64,000 nt of DNA from an uncultured Clostridia bacterium. Lineage in GTDB: Bacteria > Bacillota > Clostridia > Christensenellales > Pumilibacteraceae. Position 1 is the stretch's first letter; the number at the start of each line of letters is the position of its first letter. Positions 56,151-64,000 of this stretch are shown here, one piece after another. Location of the stretch: assembly GCA_944362615.1 (NCBI GenBank), contig CALVTM010000005.1, positions 22,043 through 86,042 of the forward strand, written 5' to 3'. The notes under the pieces were generated by a model, which was not told the origin of the DNA, searched no databases, and saw only the letters and a program-made list of their open reading frames with translations. The position numbers and the translations under genes are program-made.

Positions 56151-56235
56151 ACCCAGCGGCGCACCGCTTGCGCTCCGCACGCTCCGAGAAACGGAAATTC
56201 TATCTCGAAAATCTGACCGCTTTGCTGCCAAGACG
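56090..56235. repeat. long imperfect inverted repeat (arms about 56090-56137 and 56184-56235)
   Basis: The reverse complement of 56184-56235 aligns with 56090-56137 at roughly three quarters identity by eye (GCAAATTCGGTCATCTTTCCGGCTATAATTTCCGTTTTCGG versus GCAAAGCGGTCAGATTTTCGAGATAGAATTTCCGTTTCTCGG). Confidence 0.7.
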
Positions 56236-56348
56236 GGAATTGTCAGTTTAGTTCGTATAGGGGCAATGTTTGATTGTTGCTGTACGGAATAAAGTCTGTT
56301 CGGTTCGTATAGGAGCAATATTTATAAGAGGATTGACAGGAAATTTTT

Positions 56349-56487
56349 GCAGCAAAACGTTTAGATTTTCGGATCAGAGCGCGCGTTTCTCGGAGCGGCG
56401 TATGCCGCGGTCGGGTGCCATAAGGTAATCCGTTGGCACCCCGAAAACGCGGGATATATCCGAAAAGATAATCGATTTTGCGTCTGT
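56349..56487. repeat. second diverged inverted-repeat pair of the same unit family, with a central 7-bp hairpin
   Basis: 56349-56415 resembles the 79-bp block. 56439-56487 resembles its reverse complement. GGTGCCA/TGGCACC hairpin at 56414-56440. Confidence 0.65.
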
Positions 56488-56499
56488 AATTCTAAAAAC

Positions 56500-56716
56500 T
56501 TATAAAACTTTATTTAAGTGATTTAGCAACTATTAAAAAGATATAAATCGGTGTAAGTTATTTTGCCGAAAAAGGATATAGCCGGTACGGGAGATAAAGC
56601 AACAATAAAAAAGGTATAAATCAGTGGAGTTTATTTAAAAGCGGTCGAAAGTTATTTTGCCGGGAAAAGGTATAGCCGGTTCGGGAGATAAAGTAACAAT
56701 AAAAAAGGGTATAACT
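56500..56716 (-). repeat. tandem repeat, about 94-bp unit x about 2.3, homologous to 22974-23230
   Basis: GTTATTTTGCCG recurs at 56557 and 56651, with a degenerate partial copy at about 56500-56548. The unit aligns to the reverse complement of the 92-bp unit at locus 1, with one indel. Confidence 0.8.
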
Positions 56717-56794
56717 TAGTGAAAGTTTCTTTGGAAAGGGGGGGTCGGGGGAAAACCGTTCTTTTTCGAAAGAAAGGTTTTCCCCCGAAAGAAC
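56695..56794 (-). repeat. 100-bp core, perfect inverted duplicate of 22894-22993 (hairpin at about 56745-56788)
   Basis: See 22894-22993. The reverse complement is identical over 100 bp by hand alignment. Confidence 0.85.
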
Positions 56795-56880
56795 ACCTCC
56801 ACACCACACCACGCACCACACCACACCCACACCACGCACCACACCACACCCACACCACCGCGCGCGCACCACACGCAACG
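56795..56880 (-). repeat. CA-rich (GT-rich on minus strand) microsatellite
   Basis: ACCTCCACACCACACCACGCACCACACCACACCCACACCACGCACCACACCACACCCACACCACCGCGCGCGCACC. It contains an internal 23-bp duplication. Length and sequence differ from the tract at locus 1. Confidence 0.85.
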
Positions 56881-56882
56881 AC

Positions 56883-56918
56883 AAAAAAATACCGCTCTGC
56901 CGTGACAGGCAGAGCGGT
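56883..56918 (-). terminator. Rho-independent terminator after the GXGXG-domain gene
   Basis: 11-bp stem ACCGCTCTGCC/GGCAGAGCGGT. On the minus strand it is followed by ATTTTTTT. Confidence 0.85.
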
Positions 56919-56934
56919 GATAGAGCCGGAAAGA

Positions 56935-57657
56935 TCAGAACGGGCGGTTAGTATACATACGCTTATATATGTACGCCGTTGACGGAGTGAGCACATAATA
57001 ATCGTCCGCGAGCAGTTTATCGGCATCGTAGCCGAAATAACCGCAGAACTCGCGCACGAGCGGTTCCAGCTCGCTCTTATCCGTTACGGCGGAGACCTCT
57101 GTCTGCTTAGGCAGATCGGCAGGCACATACCTGCTTCTGACGTATATCCTGCCGCCGTGCATACCCGTGGAAGTGAAGTCGCCTACGCACGGTCTGTCCT
57201 CGCACCCGATACCGAGTACAACAATGCGTCCGCCCGCCTGGTACTCGCCGAGGTACGCGCCCGCACTGCCGCCTACAACGATCTCGGGAACAGCGCTGCC
57301 GTACTCCTTCATATGAATGCCGACGCGCCAACCCGCATAGCCTTTGACGAATATGCGACCGCCGCGCATGCCGTAACCAGTCGTGTCGCCGCAATTCCCG
57401 TAAATAACCAGAGTCCCGTCGTTCATCGTGTCGCCGACAGCGTCCTGAGCATTGCCTCGGACTTCTATGCGGCAACCATCCATGTACGCCCCGAGCGCAT
57501 TGCCCGGCACTCCGTTGATCGTTATGTTCTTACCGCTCGCGCCTGCCGCTATATAGCGCTGACCTAGCACATTATCTATCGTCACTTCACTGTCCGGACT
57601 GCTTTTAATAAGCCTGTCAAGCTCCGCAAAGTGCATACCTTTTGCATCAATCTTCAT
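56935..57657 (-). CDS. glutamate synthase GXGXG-domain protein (GltB C-terminal domain homologue)
   Basis: 240 aa. Repeated G.G..G beta-helix motifs (GNALGAYMDG...GNAQDAVGDTMNDG...GNCGDTTGYGMRGG). Confidence 0.85.
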   Translation of the reverse strand: MKIDAKGMHFAELDRLIKSSPDSEVTIDNVLGQRYIAAGASGKNITINGVPGNALGAYMDGCRIEVRGNAQDAVGDTMNDGTLVIYGNCGDTTGYGMRGGRIFVKGYAGWRVGIHMKEYGSAVPEIVVGGSAGAYLGEYQAGGRIVVLGIGCEDRPCVGDFTSTGMHGGRIYVRSRYVPADLPKQTEVSAVTDKSELEPLVREFCGYFGYDADKLLADDYYVLTPSTAYIYKRMYTNRPF

Positions 57658-58941
57658 TTAAGCGCCCTCCTTGCCGAGTACACTGTGCACATAATCCATA
57701 CCGAGCGCCGCAAGATTGGGATGTCTTACAAGGGATGCAAGATCCACTCCCTCAAGATCCGCTTCACGGCGTATCAGATCGGTAAGTATGCCTACGCGCG
57801 AATACTCCCCTATCTGGATAAACCCGCGCAGCCTGTTGTCCTTTATGAAAAACCGGTGGAACGAACCGCCGTCACGAACAGTGATCGGCTCACCGTCGTA
57901 AGCTCCGGCAGTAATGACGTGCAGCCCGAGGAATCCGCCGGCATTGACGGGCAGGTATTCCCTCTTTTCCCGACTGCCGCCGCTCATGTACGTTCCCGCC
58001 GTCTCGCCCTGCATGTACGCATTCGGCTGTATGAACAGCGGACGGGTGTTCTTTATCGTCACATCATAGCTCAGCGTGCAGTCGCCTGCGGCGTACACGT
58101 CCGCAACCGTCGTCTGCTGATCGTCGCCTACGACTATACCGCGGAACGGTCTGCCCGACTCCGTCATGCGCTCGGTGACACAGCCTATGCTCTCGGCAAG
58201 CCGGGTGTTCGGGCGCACACCCACGGCAGTCACGAGCACGTCGAAGTCCACTTCCGCACCGCTCTTAAGCAGAGCATAACCGTCGCAGTACTTCTCCACA
58301 CTGTCCGAAAGGAAGAATCTTATCCCCTTGTTTTCAAGATACGAACGGATGATACCGCTTGACTCGTCGTCCATTACAGCCGGCAGTACACGCGGCGCCA
58401 TATCCACAACGGTTATCTCCTTTACGCGCGGATAAAGCCCTTCGGCGGCTTTGAGCCCGGTCAGCCCCGCACCGATAATAAGTACGCGCGTGGTACCGTC
58501 CGTGACCTTTTCCAGCTCGAGCGCATCGTCCAGCTTATTGAATGTATATTTGCGCTTTACGTCCTCATACCCCGCCGTCGGCGGCACTACCGGCGACGAA
58601 CCCGTCGCTATCAAAAGCCTGTCGTAAGCGTATTCACTGTCGCCGCACCACACTTTGCGGGATACCGCATCTATTCTGTCCGCGGGGCTGCCGAGCACGA
58701 GCTTGACATTGTTAGCCGCATAGAACCCGGCGGGACGGTAATCCATTTTGTCCCGAGTGGTCATACCCTCGAGATAATAGGATATGAGCGGACGCCCGTA
58801 GCAAGGGTACTTTTCATCCGCAAGCACGGTAATGCTTCCCGTCTTGTCGTTCTTTCTTATTGCCTCGATAGCGCCGATGCTCGCAACGCCGTTACCGATA
58901 ATCACATACCTGGTGTCTGTCGATACTTTTTTCACGGTCAT
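57658..58941 (-). CDS. NAD(P)/FAD-dependent pyridine-nucleotide-disulfide-type oxidoreductase
   Basis: 427 aa. Two dinucleotide-binding motifs (VIIGNGVAS, VLIIGAGLTG). Confidence 0.85.
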   Translation of the reverse strand: MTVKKVSTDTRYVIIGNGVASIGAIEAIRKNDKTGSITVLADEKYPCYGRPLISYYLEGMTTRDKMDYRPAGFYAANNVKLVLGSPADRIDAVSRKVWCGDSEYAYDRLLIATGSSPVVPPTAGYEDVKRKYTFNKLDDALELEKVTDGTTRVLIIGAGLTGLKAAEGLYPRVKEITVVDMAPRVLPAVMDDESSGIIRSYLENKGIRFFLSDSVEKYCDGYALLKSGAEVDFDVLVTAVGVRPNTRLAESIGCVTERMTESGRPFRGIVVGDDQQTTVADVYAAGDCTLSYDVTIKNTRPLFIQPNAYMQGETAGTYMSGGSREKREYLPVNAGGFLGLHVITAGAYDGEPITVRDGGSFHRFFIKDNRLRGFIQIGEYSRVGILTDLIRREADLEGVDLASLVRHPNLAALGMDYVHSVLGKEGA

Positions 58942-59372
58942 TCCTCCTCGAACACAATCGCCTCGTTAGGGCAATGCGACACGCACTGAGGCGTATAGTC
59001 GCGGCCGGCACATAACTGGCACTTCTTTATAGGCATATTGTCTCCGCCGCTTACTATACAGCCGTAAGGACATAACGCTATGCAGGTGTGGCAGCCGACA
59101 CACTTGGTCTTGTCTATCCTGATCGCTCCGTAACCGTCACGCGAAAGCGCGCCGCTTATGCACCCTTTCAGACAAAGCGGATCGTCGCAATGCCGGCAGT
59201 TCACCGCGAAATGCACGGGACCGACTTCCTCCACCTGTATGCCTGCGGGCGGGGTCGCGCCTTTGTCGAACGCGAACGGAAAGTTCTTTTCGCCCGAACC
59301 GCTGTATACGCACCAGTACTCGCACAGACGGCAACCGAGACACCATTCCTCTTTTACATATACTCTTTTCAT
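58938..59372 (-). CDS. 4Fe-4S dicluster ferredoxin-domain protein
   Basis: 144 aa with multiple CxxCxxC(xxx)C clusters. Confidence 0.85.
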   Translation of the reverse strand: MKRVYVKEEWCLGCRLCEYWCVYSGSGEKNFPFAFDKGATPPAGIQVEEVGPVHFAVNCRHCDDPLCLKGCISGALSRDGYGAIRIDKTKCVGCHTCIALCPYGCIVSGGDNMPIKKCQLCAGRDYTPQCVSHCPNEAIVFEEE

Positions 59373-59382
59373 AGCAGTCTCC

Positions 59383-60885
59383 TTACTCGCCTGCGTGGCG
59401 TATGCCGAGAATATCCAGTTCTTTCTGCGTCAGACCTATGCCGCGGAGCATAAGCCTGTTACCGCGAAGAGCTTCTATCGAGTTGATACCCATGCCGCCC
59501 ATAATCTCCATGATCTCATGCGACCATGCGCTGACCAGATTGACCAGACGCTTATATGCAACGTCCGGATTAAGCCGCTGAACGAGCTCGGGCACCTGAG
59601 TCGCTATGCCCCAGTTGCATCTGCCCGCGTGACAGCTCCTGCAAAGATGACAGCCTATCGCAAGCAGTGCGGGAGTCGCAATGTACACCGCGTCCGCACC
59701 GAGCGCTATCGCTTTTACGACGTCCGCACTCGTGCGCACCGATCCCGCGACTACGAGACCGACGTTGTTTCTTATGCCCTCTTCCCTGAGCCGCGTATCC
59801 ACCGCCGCAAGCGCAAGCTCTATCGGTATACCGACGTTATCACGTATGCGCGTCGGGGCCGCGCCCGTGCCGCCGCGGAAACCGTCTATCGCTATGATGT
59901 CCGCACCGCTTCGGGCAATACCGCTCGCTATCGCCGCAACGTTATGCACTGCCGCTATCTTGACAATGACCGGCTTTTTATAGTCCGTCGCTTCCTTGAG
60001 GCTGTAAACGAGCTGGCGCAGATCCTCTATCGAGTAAATATCGTGGTGAGGCGCGGGAGAGATCGCATCCGTACCCATCGGGATCATACGCGTGCGGGAT
60101 ACCTCCTCGCCTATCTTGCTGCCGGGAAGGTGTCCGCCTATGCCCGGCTTTGCGCCCTGTCCTATCTTGATCTCTATCGCCGCGCCCGCGTCAAGGTATG
60201 CGGGATGAACGCCGAATCGTCCGCTCGCCACCTGAACTATCGTGTTCGGACCGTACTTGTACAGATCCTCGTGCAGACCGCCTTCGCCGGTGTTGTAGAA
60301 CGTACCCAGCTGCTCAGCCGCACGCGCAAGCGCAATGTGCGCGTTCTTGGATATCGAACCGTAACTCATCGCCGAAAACATGATCGGGACTTTGAGCTCA
60401 AGATTGGGATACTTCTCCGTCTCTATGCTGCCGTCCGGAAGATATCTGATCTCCTCGGGCTTCCTGCCGAGGAACGTGCGTATCTCCATAGGCTCGCGGA
60501 GAGGGTCTATGGACGGGTTCGTGACCTGCGACGCATTCAGCAGTATCTTATCCCAGTAAACCGGATAGCTTTTAGGCGTTCCCATGCTCGAAAGCAGTAC
60601 GCCACCCGTATCCGCCTGACGGTAGATATCCTTGATTATATCCTCGGTGTAGTTCGCGGAGGGCTTGAAACAGTGATCGGTCTTTACGATCTTGAGCGCC
60701 TTCGCGGGACAGAGCGTCACGCACCGGTGACAGTTTACGCACTTTGAATTGTCAACGTAGAGCACATCGCGGGATTCGTCGTATACGTGTACGTTATTCG
60801 CGCACTGGCGGACGCACACTTTACATTTTATGCAAAGCTCCTTATTACGCACGACTTCGTAATCGGGCTGAATATAATCTATCAT
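59383..60885 (-). CDS. glutamate synthase FMN-binding (GltB domain 2) protein with N-terminal 4Fe-4S dicluster
   Basis: 500 aa. CIKCKVCVRQC/CVNCHRCVTLCP, then GQGAKPGIGGHLPG and a TIM-barrel region. Confidence 0.9.
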   Translation of the reverse strand: MIDYIQPDYEVVRNKELCIKCKVCVRQCANNVHVYDESRDVLYVDNSKCVNCHRCVTLCPAKALKIVKTDHCFKPSANYTEDIIKDIYRQADTGGVLLSSMGTPKSYPVYWDKILLNASQVTNPSIDPLREPMEIRTFLGRKPEEIRYLPDGSIETEKYPNLELKVPIMFSAMSYGSISKNAHIALARAAEQLGTFYNTGEGGLHEDLYKYGPNTIVQVASGRFGVHPAYLDAGAAIEIKIGQGAKPGIGGHLPGSKIGEEVSRTRMIPMGTDAISPAPHHDIYSIEDLRQLVYSLKEATDYKKPVIVKIAAVHNVAAIASGIARSGADIIAIDGFRGGTGAAPTRIRDNVGIPIELALAAVDTRLREEGIRNNVGLVVAGSVRTSADVVKAIALGADAVYIATPALLAIGCHLCRSCHAGRCNWGIATQVPELVQRLNPDVAYKRLVNLVSAWSHEIMEIMGGMGINSIEALRGNRLMLRGIGLTQKELDILGIRHAGE

Positions 60886-62018
60886 TTTTCGCCGTTCTCC
60901 TTTTCCAGTTCTACGATAACGGGTTCACCGCCCGCCGGGCTCCATGTGCGCTCGGGATCCGGGCATATCGAACGTATCGCGCATTCCTCACTCGATACAA
61001 ACGTAACGTCACCCTTTTCCGCCGCTACCATGCTGCGGAGCTTGAGCCGGTCGTTGAGCGCCATCATACCGCCCGAATAGCCGAGTATGATCGAAAACGG
61101 TCCGGTTATCAGCAATGACGCATACATGTTGCGCAACGTCGTGAGCTTTTCGCGCTCTTTCGTTTCCATTCGCTCTATCTGCTCCCAGAACGGCGGCGCT
61201 ATGACCTTTGCCACATCGGGAAGAGTCAGTCTGCGCTTTCGGTGCAGATAGTCGATTATGTACGTTATGACTTCAGTGTCCGTCAGAAGCGTACATTTAT
61301 AGCCGTAGATCTCCATGAACCGCCTATTCGCATCGTATGAGCTTATCTCTCCGTTATGAACGACGGTGTAATTAAGGATATTGAACGGGTGCGCGCCTCC
61401 CCACCATCCGGGTGTATTCGTCGGATAGCGGCCGTGCGCCGTCCAGCAATAGCCTTTGTAGTCGCTGAGGCGGTAGTACTCGCCGACGTCCTCGGGATAA
61501 CCTACGCCTTTAAAAACGCCCATGTTCTTGCCGGACGAGAAGACGTAAGCCCCCTTGATCTTTGTGTTAATATGTATGACCGAACGGCAGACGTACTCCT
61601 CTTCGTCAAGCTCGGTGTGAGCCATGATTTCCGGCTGAAGCACGCCAAAGTAACGCCATATAAGGGGCGCGCCCTTAATGCCGTACACTTTGCGCGTCGG
61701 TATGCGCTCCATATTGGATATGTCAAAGCGCACTTTAAGGAACGCTTCCGTTTCCTCACGGGCGCGGTCGTTGTCGTAAAAGACATGAAACGCATAGTGA
61801 TCGGGGAAGTCGGGGTATATTCCGTACCCGGCAAACCCGCCGCCCAGTCCGTTGGAACGGTCGTGCATGTACGACATAGCGTCAACTACGCTGGTCGCCG
61901 GAAGCGCCCTGCCTTTGCGGGAAAAATAACCGCATATCGCACAGCCGCTCGGTATACGCACATTGCCTTCCCTGCGCTCCTCTGCCACTCTTTCTGCGAT
62001 CTGATCGATTTCGTCCAT
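60882..62018 (-). CDS. class-II glutamine amidotransferase (GltB domain 1 homologue)
   Basis: 378 aa. Candidate Ntn cysteine in PSGCAICGY and a GATase_2-like body. First gene of the five-gene cluster. Confidence 0.8.
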   Translation of the reverse strand: MDEIDQIAERVAEERREGNVRIPSGCAICGYFSRKGRALPATSVVDAMSYMHDRSNGLGGGFAGYGIYPDFPDHYAFHVFYDNDRAREETEAFLKVRFDISNMERIPTRKVYGIKGAPLIWRYFGVLQPEIMAHTELDEEEYVCRSVIHINTKIKGAYVFSSGKNMGVFKGVGYPEDVGEYYRLSDYKGYCWTAHGRYPTNTPGWWGGAHPFNILNYTVVHNGEISSYDANRRFMEIYGYKCTLLTDTEVITYIIDYLHRKRRLTLPDVAKVIAPPFWEQIERMETKEREKLTTLRNMYASLLITGPFSIILGYSGGMMALNDRLKLRSMVAAEKGDVTFVSSEECAIRSICPDPERTWSPAGGEPVIVELEKENGEK

Positions 62019-62041
62019 AATTTACTCCCTCTTTTTTACGG

Positions 62042-62089
62042 AAAACAAATCAAAAAACGCCCCCAACGTCGTATCGTACGTTCGGGACG
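62042..62089 (-). terminator. terminator-like hairpin inside the 5' leader of the glutamate synthase operon (candidate attenuator)
   Basis: Minus strand reads CGTCCCGAACGT, an 8-nt loop, ACGTTGGGGGCG (12-bp stem, 2 mismatches), then TTTTTTGATTTGTTTT. It ends about 24 nt upstream of the GAGGGAG RBS. Confidence 0.45.
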
Positions 62090-62156
62090 CCCTTGTCCTG
62101 CTTTACCGTTATTCTTATTCCGCGCCTGCCCTTTACTTGCGTCGCGCTTATATAGA

Positions 62157-62185
62157 ATAATAGCCGTTCCATAATCATTTGTCAA
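62157..62185 (-). promoter_or_regulatory. candidate promoter of the glutamate synthase operon
   Basis: Minus strand reads TTGACA (62180-85), a 17-nt spacer, then TATTAT (62157-62). Confidence 0.55.
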
Positions 62186-62272
62186 GCAATTTTCTGCACT
62201 TTTCACGGTTTTTACCGTCTTATCACCGGGTAGCTGAGGCAGAATGCACCGCAACCGGCTTTTTTATCACTG

Positions 62273-62872
62273 TCACGCCGCGCTCAGCATATTCTTACGC
62301 CGCCTGCCGCCTTTGCCGCAACGGGCAACGTGAGGTATGAACGAAAAAGCAAGCACCGCATCAGCGGCGAACCACGCAAGCGGATCGGCTGTGCAAAGCG
62401 CAAAGAACGCCGCCGAACCGGATGAAGCGTCCACCGCTCCGCCGCTTATCGCGGACGGCAGGAACAGACATACCAGAACGCGCGCGACAAGCTCGCCCAC
62501 TCCCGCACCGAGCACGAATGCCGACTTGCCCATGCCCTGCACCGCGCCTATGCGCAGTGACGTGACAACGCAAAAACCCGCAGTAGATCCGAACGCGAAC
62601 TGCAGGAATATATATATCAGCGACGTCGAGTCGTTTATGCCCGCGACTCTGCCCGAACTGAGCGTCTGACCGCATATCGCCGCATCGCTTATCGTGTATA
62701 TCTGCTGAAAAAGATACGAGAGTATGATGGGAAGCGCAAAGAGGATTATCCCCTTTGTCATACCGCCCTTCGTAAGATCGATAGGACCGAACGCGCCCTT
62801 TACGCGTTGCCAAAATGTCAACTTATTTTCACCGCCCATTGCGCTCCCGCCGATCCCCTTTCTTCTCGGCAA
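62273..62872 (-). pseudogene. internally deleted MATE-family efflux transporter remnant
   Basis: 199 aa. The first 115 aa or so match MATE TM1-3 (ILFALPIILSYLFQQIYTISDAAICGQ...). The sequence then joins directly to a C-terminal-like segment (ADPLAWFAADAVLAF). Full-length MATE proteins are about 450 aa. Confidence 0.6.
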
Positions 62873-63009
62873 AACGTATTATATTCCGTATCGCCGGAGT
62901 TATCAACCGATTTTACCGGGCAGCAGGCGTTTCCCGTGAAAAAATAAAACGTAAAAAGCAAGCGTCCGCAGAGCCGACGCTTGCCTGTCCTGATAACATC
63001 CGTTTGTCC

Positions 63010-64000
63010 TTAATCGTAATTGATGACTTTGTAAACGCCCGCAGTTCCTACGGAAGTCTGCCTGAGGATGCGTTCGTAGATCATATCGGCAATGCGCTCC
63101 GCACCGTATTCGCCGGCGCGGGTCTCCGCATTGGCAATGTATTTCTCCATAGCCGTGCGGTCCGACGCAAGCTCGACCAGCTTCTGAGCCGCCTTTTTCG
63201 GATCGGGTATATACATTGCGTTACCCACTGTGCGGGTATAATATTTCTTTATTCCACTCTCGATCGGGGTTATACATTTCGTGATGATTATCGGCATTCC
63301 GAAGAACGTCGGCTCTGCCATCGAGTTCGCTCCGCTCTTGCCCACGAACACGTCCGACATGCACACAAGCTCCAGCATGTTGTCTGCGTAGTCGTACACG
63401 TTCAGGCGCGTCGGACCGTATACTTCGATACGGCGAAGCTCAGCCGCGCATTCGACATTCTTGCCGCACACCGCTATTATGCGCATATCCGCTTTTAGCG
63501 CTATCAGCTCTCTTACGGTACGCTCAAGCTCCGCCATACCGTAACCGCCGTCCGCAAGCAGTACGACAAATTCATCTCTGCCTATGCCCGCTTCTTTGCG
63601 AAGCTCGTACTTCTTTCCGCGAAGCTCAAACGCCTCGTCGCGTATCGGATACGGCACTACACTCGCGTTGCCGCCCGCGTACATTCTGCGCCTGTTCGCC
63701 TTCGCAAGCCCTACATGCGTGGGAATGAAGAAATCGTTGCAGTCCATATTGAACATGCCGTTGGAGTATGCGTCCGGACAAAGCATCATCGTATACGGAC
63801 GCCTGTCGCCCAGCTTGTTCGCATAGTACGTCGTCGCCCAATGAGTAGTAAACAGTATGTCGGCATCAAGCTCACGCATGTGCCGGAGCGCCGCTCCGTC
63901 CGCCTTGCAGTCAGGATAGCGCATGCTCATCACAAACCGCTGAGCAAGCGCATCGCCCGAAAGTTTGTTCCCCAATATGCACAGCTTACCGAACACCTTG
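63010..64000 (-). CDS. MGDG-synthase/GT28-like glycosyltransferase; N-terminus lies beyond the window
   Basis: At least 328 aa. C-terminal GT-B domain motif (FVGKSGANSMAEPTFFGMPIIIT). The frame is still open at 64000, and the track start at 63996 is only a GTG. Confidence 0.7.
   Translation of the reverse strand, partial: KVFGKLCILGNKLSGDALAQRFVMSMRYPDCKADGAALRHMRELDADILFTTHWATTYYANKLGDRRPYTMMLCPDAYSNGMFNMDCNDFFIPTHVGLAKANRRRMYAGGNASVVPYPIRDEAFELRGKKYELRKEAGIGRDEFVVLLADGGYGMAELERTVRELIALKADMRIIAVCGKNVECAAELRRIEVYGPTRLNVYDYADNMLELVCMSDVFVGKSGANSMAEPTFFGMPIIITKCITPIESGIKKYYTRTVGNAMYIPDPKKAAQKLVELASDRTAMEKYIANAETRAGEYGAERIADMIYERILRQTSVGTAGVYKVINYD

Noticed and set aside
55916-56490. Apparent peptide-level similarity among repeat copies (AAYPKTEIIAGKMTEFASGWKR, LRETEILSRKSDRFAAKTGI...MFDCCCTE, TPKTRDISEKIIDFASVILK), considered as multi-copy RiPP precursor or small-protein genes.
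   Set aside because: Codon-by-codon comparison shows substitutions mainly at first and second positions, not third. This is DNA-level repeat divergence rather than purifying selection on a peptide. The frames lack ATG/RBS starts and several run through terminator hairpins. No modifying enzyme genes are adjacent.
22894-56794. The repeat-bracketed 33.8-kb block as a prophage, genomic island or other mobile element.
   Set aside because: Its content is core housekeeping (ribosomal proteins, EF-Tu/G, aaRS genes, purF, tpiA). No integrase, transposase or phage genes are present. The repeats are inverted rather than direct att-like sites.

Overview
This 64-kb window looks like a chromosomal segment from a Gram-positive, Clostridia-like genome. 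The lineage call is an inference from Firmicutes-type synteny (yaaO-like/tmk/holB/yaaT), the rpsL-rpsG-fusA-tuf operon and protein sequence character. GC content looks moderately high by eye and was not computed.

I call about 58 protein genes, most of them on the minus strand, and nearly all are core functions:
- Central and nucleotide metabolism: pyk, tpiA, purF, dut, a MarR/Fe-ADH/ALDH operon, and a five-gene split (archaeal-type) glutamate synthase cluster.
- Phosphate uptake: pstS, a fused pstC-pstA, pstB and phoU.
- Information processing: leuS (co-transcribed with trxA and a HAD gene), serS, sbcCD, and the yaaO-like/tmk/holB/yaaT block.
- Membrane and envelope: cls, a P-type ATPase, a metal-exporter/response-regulator/histidine-kinase unit, and an SPFH (YdjI-like) plus zinc-ribbon membrane operon.
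- One tRNA-Arg(CCG).

I saw no rRNA, CRISPR array, integrase, transposase or recognisable defence genes.

The unusual signal is mostly non-coding:
1. A roughly 450-bp composite repeat occurs twice in inverted orientation (about 22844-23300 and 56435-56885). It consists of a GT-rich microsatellite, a hairpin with 11+6 bp arms, a C7 tract and 92-94-bp tandem units. A 100-bp core is identical between the two copies, and they bracket 33.8 kb of housekeeping genes.
2. Next to the second copy lies a 0.7-kb nest of related hairpin and inverted-repeat units (55789-56490). It includes two cassette-like units with a conserved closing stem and different apical hairpins.

Other points of note:
- A duplicated Pho-box promoter inside the pst operon.
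- A terminator-like hairpin in the glutamate-synthase leader.
- Decayed transporter genes: an RND fragment, an internally deleted MATE gene and a degenerate ABC-ATPase-like ORF.
- A 56-aa ferredoxin gene that falls below the ORF-track length cutoff.

All coordinates of small elements were indexed by hand and may be off by 1-2 nt. No database search or folding calculation was possible.
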